Source: Tubiluchus corallicola (lineage: Eukaryota > Animalia > Priapulida). Taken from it: 64,000 bases of DNA. The translations under genes and the position numbers were made by a program. A model generated the notes under the pieces. The model was not told where the DNA came from and did no database searches. It was given only the letters and a program-made list of their open reading frames with translations. Below, one piece after another: positions 52,501-64,000 of this stretch. The stretch's first letter is position 1. Every line of letters begins with the position of its first letter. The stretch lies in contig JAQGDQ010000002.1 of assembly GCA_030141605.1 (NCBI GenBank), positions 310,001 through 374,000 of the forward strand, in the 5' to 3' direction.

Positions 52501-55500
52501 TAAATTGGTGAAGTTGGTGAACATTAAAGCCTAACAAATGCATTATTATAATGCATGAATTTGAATTATTGTAATGTAAATTTCCAAAGTCATGGTGCAA
52601 TTTACATGACGTATAAATGATGAGGTTATACATGAAAAATATATTGATATAACTACCACACAAATAACACAGTCTTCAGGTTTTGCTCTTGGGCTTGATA
52701 TGATTACCAAGAAGCGATCCTAGAAATACATCTACTCTAACATATGAAACATACCAACACATCGTTAAAGGAAGTTTTAATAAGTTAGTCATAAGTGACA
52801 CACACGTACACACACACACAGAGAGAACACTGAAAACAACACTGAGTATGTGAAAGTTGTAACTGTATATTTTAGGTGCTGCCATCTATTGATTAGTTAC
52901 TTTAACATTTACTAGTTCAATTCACCCCTAGTACAATTGTTCGGTCAAGTGAATATTCAAACTCACTGTATCTCCCCTATTTTACTGTAATGGGATATGT
53001 GAAGCCAAGTTTTTGCATAGTTCTCTACATATATAAACTGGCTAGATTTCACTGCTAGTGACTCTCTGTCTCAGGCAGTGCAGTCGTGCAACTCGTGGGA
53101 CACACTGTCTCTCTGTCACACACTCAGTGCTGTGCAGCAGTTGTGATCTTCATTTTACTTGTGCATTTTATTATGTATTTAGTGCAATAAAAGTGTTCCA
53201 GTTTTTGTGCAAACATGCAATCTAGTGTTTAGTTGTTTTCTACAAGTGTTCAATTTCAACTTCACCAATAAAATTCACAGAGTAAAAAGAAAAGGATATG
53301 ATTACACATGCAAAAAACAATTTTATCTACTAGAAAATCATTCGCAAGAAAAGTAGTATATGAAGTAAAATGCATGCAAATCCGGAAAATAGACATTGTA
53401 TCATACCCATTCAACAATGCCAGTAATGATTCGTCCTAACAAATCTCCAAAGTTGAATAGTAGAAAGCAAACTACGGGGATGAACAATTTAGCTGCAGAA
53501 AACACAGGCATTACTCACATTTTAAACTATTTCAGATTTTATAATCCAATAGTTCACTCAGTCTGTATAGCATAATTAAAAATAGCATTTTTCACGCAAA
53601 AGCTAGTAGTTCACAAAATTTGTCAAAAAATTACATTAAAGCATACAGTTTATAGTAATATAAAAGTAAATGTTGCAATATTAAAGAATTATAATAATTT
53701 GTAATCAGTCAAGAGTGAACATAAAAGTATTCTTTGAAAGAGAAGTCATGTAGCAAAGAATTTTGCAACAAAATTACGATTGATTTGATTTTGTCTGCAA
53801 AGTGTGTCATTAAAGCACACGGCTGTAATACCAAGAAGTGACTTTACTTTGCATTCTAATGTGCCAAAAAACTCAAAATATCATGTCAAAATGCATCATT
53901 TACCCCTAATTCAAAGACAAAAGGAATCACTGATTGTCCACATTCAAGAATAAAGTCAAATGAGCAATGTCCAGTGTGAACAACAATGGAAAGTAAAATG
54001 AGCGAATACTTACTTGACCACAGATTATTACTAGGTGTGTTCATACTTTGTATGTTAGAGCAAATTGGTGGAAAAAGACACAGTGTTACGAAGAATACCA
54101 TCCAAACTGATATGGCTTCTGTTTTTACCTGAAGAAGAAATGGTATTAAAAGAAAAGGTGCAAATGTTTTTTACAGTCTCTGACAAAGAATTACAATAAC
54201 AGAAAAATTTCCTAGGTGAAAAGTTTGTGGGTAAAAAACAACCAAGTTGGGAAAGTTAAAACAAAAAATTCTGAATGCCTTATTATGCCAATGCAAAAAT
54301 GAATCCATTAGAAATGAAGGGGTGGGAGCAGACTTAACTTAATCCCATTACCGGAACATTACCATCTTAAGTCAAACAGATTTCACTAGATCTGCCTCTG
54401 CATGTACAACAAATAACCAATTTTACAAGAAAAAGGGTTGGCTCACTTCTCCCTAAATACAACAAACCTCTATTATTTTGTTATGTTTGTCAAGCAATTT
54501 TTACGAGTCCCTATAACTTAACCACGCTAGTCCAAAAAGCGATTCTGTATTACTATTATTCACGATGACACAACTTAAAAGTAACCAATGATTTGCCTTC
54601 TCTTTTATGCAATTACTCTTCAAAATTTCCTTTTCAATGTTCTAATTCCCAAACAGTTTTGTCAACAACATGACAACAAGCCTGAACGCCTCCTGCAGTC
54701 GCTTCTAAACTATAAATTCGGGTAGTATTGATTGCTATTGTTGCATGCACAGTGCAAACATAAAAAGGCATGATACTATATAATACATACTAGCCAGAAT
54801 ATTTTTAGAAATGGTGGTGTTTTTTGTTTTGTCTTGGTTTTTTCCTCATGTTCCATCGAACCAGATACAGAAAGCATAATTTCAGAGCTTGCTGAATGTT
54901 GCCATTCCACTTCTTTATCTTCAGTTTTGCCAGCAGCTAGGGCATTAGCAATGTCACTTTCGTCAACTTCGACTTTGTAGTAATCATAAAGGTAAAATCG
55001 TCCAAACACCTGGAAAAATATTCTACTGCATTACAACTTAAAAGGCAATAATTATGCTGGTTGTTGAAAAGGCACAAAAATATTAAATCAGTGAAATAAA
55101 GTATTATCTAAAATTGGTCTCTTAAAGATGAAATGTGCACAACTTCATAATCATCAGACTGCAAACAAATAAAAATTATGTTAACTTAAACACTACGGTA
55201 AATAAAGTAACTGCAAAAAAAAAGACTGAACGAATTCAAATTCAATAAATGCAAATGTAATAACATGACAATGTTTACACCTGACTATACTTGGTCAATA
55301 CTTGTAAATTACTACACTCAAGGTTACTAACCAGTGTGCGCGTTGCTTGTAACGAATTATTATTTGACTGTACCGTTTGCCCTAATTTTAAAATTTTAGT
55401 TCCTGTCTTGGGCCTTTTAGAGGTATTCGATATTATGCATTTTGGCTCTATCACGGGTGCGTAAAAAATCCCAGTTTTTTAAAACTCTACCTCACAATTT

Positions 55501-58500
55501 CAAGGCATTATTCCATCCCAGGCGTGTCTACCCTGCAAGCATTGTAACTCTAGCACTGTAATTAACATGAATTAAACAGTGAAAAATTGGATGCCGAGCG
55601 TAATGATGAAAAAACCCAGTGTATGGATTCTCTTAGAGCTGTGACGCTCACGCTCATGGATAATTACCACCAAGTTGGGAACACAAGATGAGGTTAATAT
55701 TAAAAAAAAAACATATACTAATTTCAATAATCTGTGACTGGCAAATAGATGTTTATTCTCAAGCTTTCATTACCGGACTTCAAGTTTAAAATTATATGTT
55801 GAAAACATCAGTCCGAGTTATTTTAGTTAGGTTACTTTTTATTTAAACTTCTATTTCTCCCAAGAAGCCACATTCGAATAAATCTGTTGTAATGAGGTCT
55901 GCATTAATGACGGATCACTGCGCTTACAGTTTCTGGAGTTCACAAATTTCGAAAGTTATAGACTGCCTACACGTGAGCGAGTTTTTGCACATACAGCCTT
56001 GCTGATTACTGGAACTAGTGAGCACATCACAGGATAATTAAATATATTGATTTTACCGTATGTGATAGGCTCAAATAAGCTATGATAGCGACGATAACTG
56101 CAACAGTAGCTGTGAGAAAAAAAGCGAGTGCACTTGTTTCGGGTGTCTGTCCACCTGCTCCGACAGTAATTATACTTGCTATAGCAGCAAACAAACCTGC
56201 GGCAGCCTATATACATTAGAAAAAAAGAAATATATGTATATTTGCATTTACCTAGTTTAAATGAAAATGAATGGTTACGTAAGCCAAATCACAAAATGCC
56301 AAAAAACAAAACTAATTAAAACAACATTCATGCATTATTAATACTTTCATCTTTATGTTGCAACTTATATCATTTCAATGACAAATTGGGTGTAAGTTAA
56401 TTATGGTATGAATGCAGCAGCTTGCAGGAACAATATAATGTGAAAGCCAGAAAGACTTTGTTACTGTATGGCAAGTTATCCAGCAGTTTAGCCATTAACA
56501 ATATTCAAAATACAGCAGCACATAAACTGCTGAATTCAACTCTAATGTGCTTTAAGTCTATTATATTGTCCATCGTGGAATTCAGAAATATCATACTTTT
56601 TCTGAAGCACATACAAATCCAGCAGATGTACAGTGACTCTTGTAACGAAAGATTTCAGTTACCAAAAAGGTAACTACAATCTGAACGTGATGCACATCTG
56701 CTTAATTATATATGTTTCTTGTTACCTGGCCTTTCATGGTTGCTGTAGTATAACGGGGCGGCAACATGGCTGACAGTCCGAAAATACTAGCCTGAATTAT
56801 TGCACAAGCACCTGGCAAGAAATAACAAAGCTCTCATAATATGCATAGCTGTAAGGTCTGTGTAAATGGATGTGTCTTAGCCCTGCTTTAATGATAATAG
56901 ATATAGTAAGCAGTCATAGGCAAAGCAGCTATTTAGTTTCACAGGAAGGCACACAGCATCTAATAAAAAGTAAAAAAGTTAGAAATTTGACACTAAAATT
57001 CTTCTAATGACACTAATAAATTAAGAAGAATTCGGGTTTTATCAAATGCAGAGAACTACCAATTTCAGTTAAAATGCGCATCTCAGTTTATAGAGTAATA
57101 ATTTATGTGAACGCGTCACCATCAAAATTACGTTAAACAGCTTACAAGCTTTTACTTTTGGCTCTTATTGACAAAGACATGATTTCATTTGATTGTCTTC
57201 ATAATCAACTAAAACTACCATTTAGGAGCATTATTGTTTTATAGAAGGACCTCAAGCTTCCAGATAGAAAATGGGACACCACACTTAAGAAAGGCAGAAA
57301 GGCTAAGGTTCTCATCAAAGCTTTGTCAATTTTGTGCAAACTACAAGTACAACACCTTGTATTTTTTGATTCTCTAAAAATGAGAAACACCTATTCCTGA
57401 ATTACAAGTTGCACAACCTCCAACACAACACTAATAAATAAAAACACAAGAAGTTCACCGTTGATCTCTGTAAGTACCCATATACACATGGACATTTCAC
57501 ACAAAAATCAGGGAGAATCATTTGTAACTTTACGATAATCTTCATCACGTGGGTCACTAAAATAGTTATCAATGGATGCATTCAACAATACATACGTAGC
57601 TTTGTTAGTCCTTAAAAACATCAACAAAAAAATATACGCATTAAGCAGAAAAACAAAAACAGGCATAACTGTGCAGTATTCAGAACAGTCAAACTATCAA
57701 CAATATTGCCCCCGTCATACGATACAGCTGTTAGGGTTTCTACGTCCAGCCACCAATATTAACTGCCAAACAAAAAACATTCTAAAGAGAAAATGCAAAA
57801 AGTAAAGAAAATGAAAAAATAATCAACATTATCAAAGCACTAGCAAATGAGAAGCACAAATTTGTCAAACTTTTTGGCTTTTCCAGTGATCACTCTACTT
57901 ATTGTTTCTCCTTATTACAGCCAACAAAATCCATGATGCAAAATATCTTATGCCAAGCAATAAAATCTATCTCCTTAGTGACCTCTACAGAAACCCTCTC
58001 CCTAACAAAATTCTTAAACATTTCCAGCAAGTAAAATCCTCTTCACAGTTCACTTTACATGTTATTTGTTTTCAAGTCAAATGGCATTAAATTTGAACAC
58101 ATAATTTTTTTGTAGTAGAATGAAGAGTTTTTTCCAAGCACATGACTGCAACATTGTAAACTGCATTTTGACACCCCTTCATCTCAACTCAGACAGCCCA
58201 AATTTTCAATTAGAACATTTGAAAATCAGAAACATAAGTTAACAACAATACTTGTGAATATTGAATATCCGACTATATCGTATGCGAATTAATTCTTGTT
58301 AACATCCAGGTTTGCCTATCGTAAAATCAATTGTAAAGTAAACATTTTAGCTTTAAAAAGAAAGCTTAGATAATTAGAAAACAGAAGGTAAAATAAACAA
58401 TTTTCATGCACAGAATACAGCAGCAAATTAACTACCTATTTCCATTAAGCTGAGCTCATTAGTGCAATGTTAAAGGAGCATGCAAATTCTTCAAAATCAT

Positions 58501-61500
58501 GCAAGTAAAACTTTCAAGTTCCTACCTGCTCACAGTAGGAAGGCAAAACTTCAACAAGTATACTTACTACTTAATGTGGCTACACAGACAACCGTGATCA
58601 CAAAGAAAACCATCTGCCCTGAAATAAAAATCAAAAGCAGTTGAAATGATAGCATCCTGTAACCTCACTTTCCTCAAGATCTGTTAAAGCTATGGAACTA
58701 TTAACAATATGTAAAAAAGTACTTATTAATGTGTGCAAATCTTCTGGTTAGATTTCCCACGCTTTTTATCTCTTTAGTTGTAACATTTGAATTTAGTCAT
58801 TTTCATTATTGTCGATCTTTATGCAGTTTGGCAGTTTTTAAGCTTGTAGACTATAATGTAGAGTATTCAACAATAGAGCCTACTTGATGCAAATGGCTGT
58901 GGCAAAACCAAGATCTAGATCATTTTCAAAGGAATCCTGTAAGAGGAGATACTGAACTTGCTGAGATGCATTAGACAAGCTTAATGTACAAAACCTTGCC
59001 AATGACGCAACTAACTGGAGATAGCATCCTGCCCCCAACGGATGTAGCAATGAAACCGCCCCCAAAGCAACTCAGAAGCAATTTCTGCAGTGGTCACCTT
59101 CCCCAAATTGATTTATTAGCCAGCCTACAACATTGCAGTTTCTAACTAATAGATTGTGACCCCTCAGCTATTCATACTAACCGTGTTTTATTTTATTTGG
59201 CCTGGTCTTTACTGTTTAATATATTACACTAAAAAATGATTTCTAAACAGGCTTGAACACTGACAGTGGTAAACAGATATCTACACTATTATAAAAACAA
59301 TATCAACTAGTACAGTAAAAGTATTTATAAATACACTTACACGTGTCCGTGTTAACTTGAGTGAGAACTGTTGTTAAAATGAAGATAACTAACATCATGA
59401 AAAGCGAACTTAACATCCGTAATGATGCTGAAAATCTGAAACAGGCAATGTAGTAACATTAATAAAATATTCTGTAGGAAGAAAGGTGCATGAAAGCAAA
59501 ATTTAATGTTAGTATTTTGATCACACCCAGCGGAGATTACTGTCAAGACTAGCAGATGTCAAAATTAAGTACACGATACAGAAACCTTTATTACCCGATA
59601 TCACAGTATTGTAACAACGTTACAACACAAAATGTAATCATTAAAAATACAATTTACAAAGTAATAAGAGAAAAATTATAAGATGATTAATAAATGACAA
59701 TAAGCTATACTCAATAAACAAAACATTCCAAAAATACGCTTCGAAAATGTTGTTTTGCGAAGTTTAAAGGAAACAACATTAGAAAATATGTAAAACGCTT
59801 TTTTAATCGAATTCTTGTATTCGGGATTTAGTGTTGAGAAATGTGCCAACTTGCCGTATTGTCAAAACATGGTGTCATTATTTTTTAACAACTTTGGTTG
59901 ACCAGATCTACCATTGCAAACAGGTTGTCTTTTGCTAATGAGTCAATATGTAGCCGTTCTGCCTAATTACTTCTCAATAGGCCACTTAGCTATCAATTCT
60001 AAATAGGCTTCCTACATTATCTATATATTTTCTTAAATTGAGTTGAGTTAGCATAGTATGTTGCACAACACTATGATATCTATGAAAACTCCTTATCAAG
60101 GATATTCTGTAACCTCAGTATAAAGGTATGATTCACTTTTGTATTACATAACATTGTAAATGTTTATTTACAATGTAAAATCTAATCAGTACATCTCTAT
60201 CATTGATAAATTACATTAGTAAATTATACTATACTAATTTATTTATATTACTAAAATGTATAGTTAAACTGTTTAATATTGTAATGTAGCAGTTTCAACA
60301 TATTTATATGCTACAAATATACTTTACTAATATAAATCATCTCATGTAGTCATTGTACATATCATAATGTGAAATCTCAATAATAATTATGTGCATATTT
60401 TGATCCCTTGTTGTTAATTTTTTTCAGAAAAACATGACAGCAATGAAAAAAGCAGCAGTTAAAACATACATATTTTGGGGGTCCGAAAAAAGTTTAGGTT
60501 TTTGAATGTGTGGGCAAAATTGAGCACTCAGACTGTCAATCTCACCTTTACGATCAAATGAACAATAAAAATAAATCCATTTTTTCTTTATTTTTGACAT
60601 TTGGAAATTTACTGCATAAATTCTCAATGTTTCCAAAACACTGTTCTTATATCCTGGAAGCTTTAAAGCTGTTATGAATGAATTTTTTAATGAATGTATC
60701 TTGCTCCAGAGAAAAAATGGTTTATTATGATGAACGAATTTTTGGGGTGCATTAAAAAAACTTTTATTGATTTCTCCATAAGTTTAATAGTTTGAAAACA
60801 TGCAGCCCCAAGAATAAGGGATAGGTATTCTTTTTTTATAAATAATACAAAAAGCATTAGTTTATCAAGCATTTCTTTTCTTCTGTGATAATTACTCATA
60901 AAGTAAAAAACAGTACCACTAGAGCATGTAAAACTCAATAAACTTACAAAAAAAGTTTACAGAATCATGCTAGACTGTGATATAATTAAACTTACAAAGT
61001 TAGTAATATCGTACTCAAAAACACAAACAAGATATTTGCGACCATAGAGCTGATGCTAAACCAATTCTCAAATGTAACTTGTAGGTATGTTTTCTGGTAC
61101 ATCCAGTCTGTCTCATTTAAAGATGTGTTTCTAAGCTTGTAATTGAAATACTAGAAAATACAAAAAAAGTTAAAAATTATACACACCACTTTGTAAATTT
61201 CAAACTCAAAACTCATTCATTCCTCGCAAGACTAGCTGAGCCTAAAAGCACACTATCTTTTTTGGCACAACATCATTGCAATGTAACTATGCATCCAAAT
61301 ATAACTAAGTTCAGTGTCTCGACTGCCTCCTCCAAGGGGTATGTCTTTCGCAGTTTGCCAGGTATAACCTTGCCAAACAACCATCTTACGAATCTTACGA
61401 CTTATATTGGGCACTGCTGCTGCTAATAATAATTTATTATACCTTTAATAATATCTCTGAACCAACCGAAAACCATATTAATCTTAATAATGTTCACCCA

Positions 61501-63109
61501 TATTGATGTAACTACACACACGCTAGTATATATCCATTTCTAACAAAACCAGTATCCCTTTCAAAGCCAGTTCTCTCAATTAGAGGTGAGCATCGAACGT
61601 TCAAATTCGATTCGAACAAGTTTTTTAGTTCGAATTGGATTCGAACCAAATCAAGATCAAAATCAGGTAATATGTATGATTTTTGTCAAACCCATTTTTA
61701 TTAATGATTCGAAAATCTTTAAAAGTGAATTCAAATTTGTTTTGGATTCGAAAATGCTGAAATTCAGTTTGATTCAAGTTCGAAGGCCACAAATTTGATT
61801 CGAATTTGCTTTGTAGTAGAGAATGCTCACTCAACCACAGATTTAGCAACAATATGGGCTACACTGCAAGCCATTTCTAAAAGTGACTGCACATGCATAT
61901 CTAAACTTTCTGTTACATAACCAAAGAATTTGGTAAGTGATATATGTAATTATTAGAAAGTTGTAAGCACCCTTACATCATTAGCAGTGATATAGAAGTT
62001 CCACGGAAGTAACTGTCCCATTCCAATGAGTGCAAATATGATGTAAACCACATTGTATCTGAAAAATGACCAGTTAAAAATGTAAGCAAGTTTTGATACT
62101 GCTAGCAGGTGCAGTGCATAGGTAAACTGCGATATGTCCTAGAAATTTTCTTTCCAAAGTTATCAGCTAGTCAAAAGAGAACTATTGATTGACTGAGCAC
62201 TACACTGTGACTGCAGCACATTTTGGGTGACCAAGTCAGACCTTGGTAATGACTCAAGATCATCTGCATTTCTACGATAGTTCCTTGTCATAATTAATCA
62301 CATTAACCTAACAACAACTATCTTAACTTTACAATATGCCTTAAATGAGGATTCTGCTTACCACAGATTACCAAGACATGTAAGCATAGGTATTACACAG
62401 ATGCATGCCAATACACCTTTAAAAGGTCTTGCACATTATTCACAATTACATGCTCCTGAAAAAACTGATTCAACAAAAATACTTTTAAGTGGATGATAAT
62501 GACCTTTTACATATAGCATTTTACATATTTTCATTCTGAGGTGCTCAGTTAACCAAAAAATACACAAATCAGTAGACTGCTAGACAGCAACTTATCTTTC
62601 TTTTCTACGTACATTTTGGATTTTGGTTTTTTATATTGATCACAGCAAAAAAATTCTGATATTTGTTTGATGTACTCAGTCAAACAAATGCATTCAATGC
62701 ACTTTAAGTGCATCATTCATTCATGTGAACAAAAGGTAACTCATAACTTTCTCAAAAAACTTTTTTTAGCATACTCCAAAATTATAAAAATTTTGCATTT
62801 GCATATAAAACAGCAGGTAAAACTTTTTCAGAAGTTTATAGATATCATGAATATGTGTAATATATGAATGGAACAGAAGCCTTTCTCTCTCATTGTCTCA
62901 CACACACCCATAGACTCCATCAACCATCAACCTACCAAACACCCATATGACTCTCTATCTCTCTCTCTCTTTCTCTTCTGTACTCACTTGTCTTTTGGTC
63001 CTGGTTTACCATCTACAAGTCCGAGTCTGGAATCAACACGTTTAATCACAGGCTTCTGTATCAAAGCATCAGTTTCTTTAGGTTCTACATCATCATATGT
63101 TGTCCCCAT
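49546..63109 (-). CDS. SLC29A1: Equilibrative nucleoside transporter (SLC29A1/2/3 family)
   Basis: Exons 63109-62988, 62058-61977 (GMGQLLPWNFYITA), 61150-60996, 59435-59341, 58618-58568, 56811-56726 (QASIFGLSAMLPPRYT), 56206-56057, 55009-54791, 54128-54014 (VTLCLFP), then 53492-53407 or 51814-51729, 50998-50799 (RVVFIPLFLFCN...SITNGYL), 49663-49546. Exact paralog assignment is uncertain. Confidence 0.92.
51100..51200. mobile_element. Short PIF/Harbinger-like MITE remnant (28-bp inverted arms)
   Basis: TTTCATAAAGCCATCACTAAGTTAAAGA ... TCTTTGAGCTAGTGATGGTTTTGTGAAA (23/28), followed by ATGGGCCC. Confidence 0.5.
51729..51814 (-). CDS. ENT TM8 exon, variant B (mutually exclusive candidate)
   Basis: ttgcag|AT KLFIPIACFLLYGVGDLLGRFLIDYLSW |gttcgt; 86 nt, same phases as variant A. 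Confidence 0.82.
53407..53492 (-). CDS. ENT TM8 exon, variant A (mutually exclusive candidate)
   Basis: ctgcag|CT KLFIPVVCFLLFNFGDLLGRIITGIVEW |gtatga; 86 nt, phase 1 to 0. Confidence 0.9.
61581..61834. mobile_element. hAT-like MITE with TTCGAA subterminal repeats
   Basis: TAGAGGTGAGCAT ... ATGCTCACTCAA inverted ends; many GATTCGAA/TTCGAA motifs inside. Confidence 0.6.
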
Positions 63110-64000
63110 TGTTGTATCTTCTGTATTCACTGATGTAGTTACTCTATCAATGTTATGTCTTCATCATATATTTTACTAGACATTAGTGGCAAGCAACGAC
63201 AACTCAAGGTGGTGTCACTATACAATCCCAGGACTGCCATTAGTAAATATTCAATTTAAAGCTTAACAGACACCACAAATTCCTGAAAAATAGTAAACAA
63301 TTGTGTATCGGTCATTACATTACAGTCTAACAGAATACTGTTAGACTACCTCATGAACTCATGCATACACGTATATTCAAAGCTAGTTTAGGTCACATCT
63401 ACATGCACTTTAGATACTGATAACAGTAGACAAACAGCATAGGACATTCAAATACAACAGACACACATTTATGTTGATAATAGTAACACAGAAATGCTCT
63501 ATGCTCAGCTGTACTTAATCTGTAAGAGAACACTGGCCTGAAGTAGTTGCTTGTTAAATTTTCACAGTAACAAGCAATCAGGCAATCAAGTATTGCTCCC
63601 TTTAGCAGCTGCAGTGAAGGTGACTGCATTTCACTGCCATGGAAAGCGCATTGAAAAGTTGATGTAAAGAAAAGCGATAAATGAAAAAGCAGTGAAGTGT
63701 TTTTCCTTCAGTTTGACATACTGACATACTGAAACTTACCTAACCTATAAAGCTAATAAGAAAAGTCATGCAGCCCATGTTTTGGGGTTAACTACAAGAT
63801 AAGAGTCCATTCCCCGACACTTAGCATTACCATAGAATTCATACCCTCAGTTCCATAATAATATTGCAGAAATACAAAAATATATACTCATTTAATTTTA
63901 ACTCACACGCTTCTGGACATACAGATTATTCTCCTGATTAACATCTTTGAATAGTAAGCTGACTGTAGGTTACTTTTTAGTTTTAAGCATCAGGTCCAAC

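Noticed and set aside
52676-52885. Hydrophobic ORF between ENT exons A and B as a third TM8 variant
   Set aside because: Lacks the FIP/GD..GR motifs and 86-nt phase-compatible boundaries.
26656-63109. NTPDase plus nucleoside transporter as a functional purine cluster
   Set aside because: Separated by BBOF1 with no shared regulatory evidence; proximity alone is insufficient.

Overview
AT-rich animal (invertebrate-like) genomic DNA with five intron-rich protein-coding genes, reconstructed by hand from GT-AG splice sites and reading-frame phase. They are ECH1 (+, ends in PTS1 SKL), an hnRNP U/UL1-type gene (+; SAP, SPRY, P-loop, RGG and SYGQ domains), an ENTPD5/6-type NTPDase (-), BBOF1/CCDC176 (+, head-to-head with ENTPD as in human) and an SLC29/ENT nucleoside transporter (-). 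Introns and spacers carry several non-autonomous DNA-transposon remnants, a ~1 kb foldback element, a 5S rRNA-derived fragment and long palindromes. Main observations: (1) the ENT gene has two tandem, equal-length (86 nt) paralogous TM8 exons that cannot both be included in frame, differ at a ligand-pocket residue and flank an 18-bp G-U-containing stem; (2) the 4.1 kb hnRNP U intron that splits the Walker B motif holds several stop-containing or decoy-type micro-exon candidates with tandem 5' splice sites, plus a three-times repeated small hairpin; (3) the ENTPD5-BBOF1 divergent pair has X-box and E-box motifs in its shared promoter. Gene models and all alternative-splicing claims are inferred from sequence only, with no RNA data.
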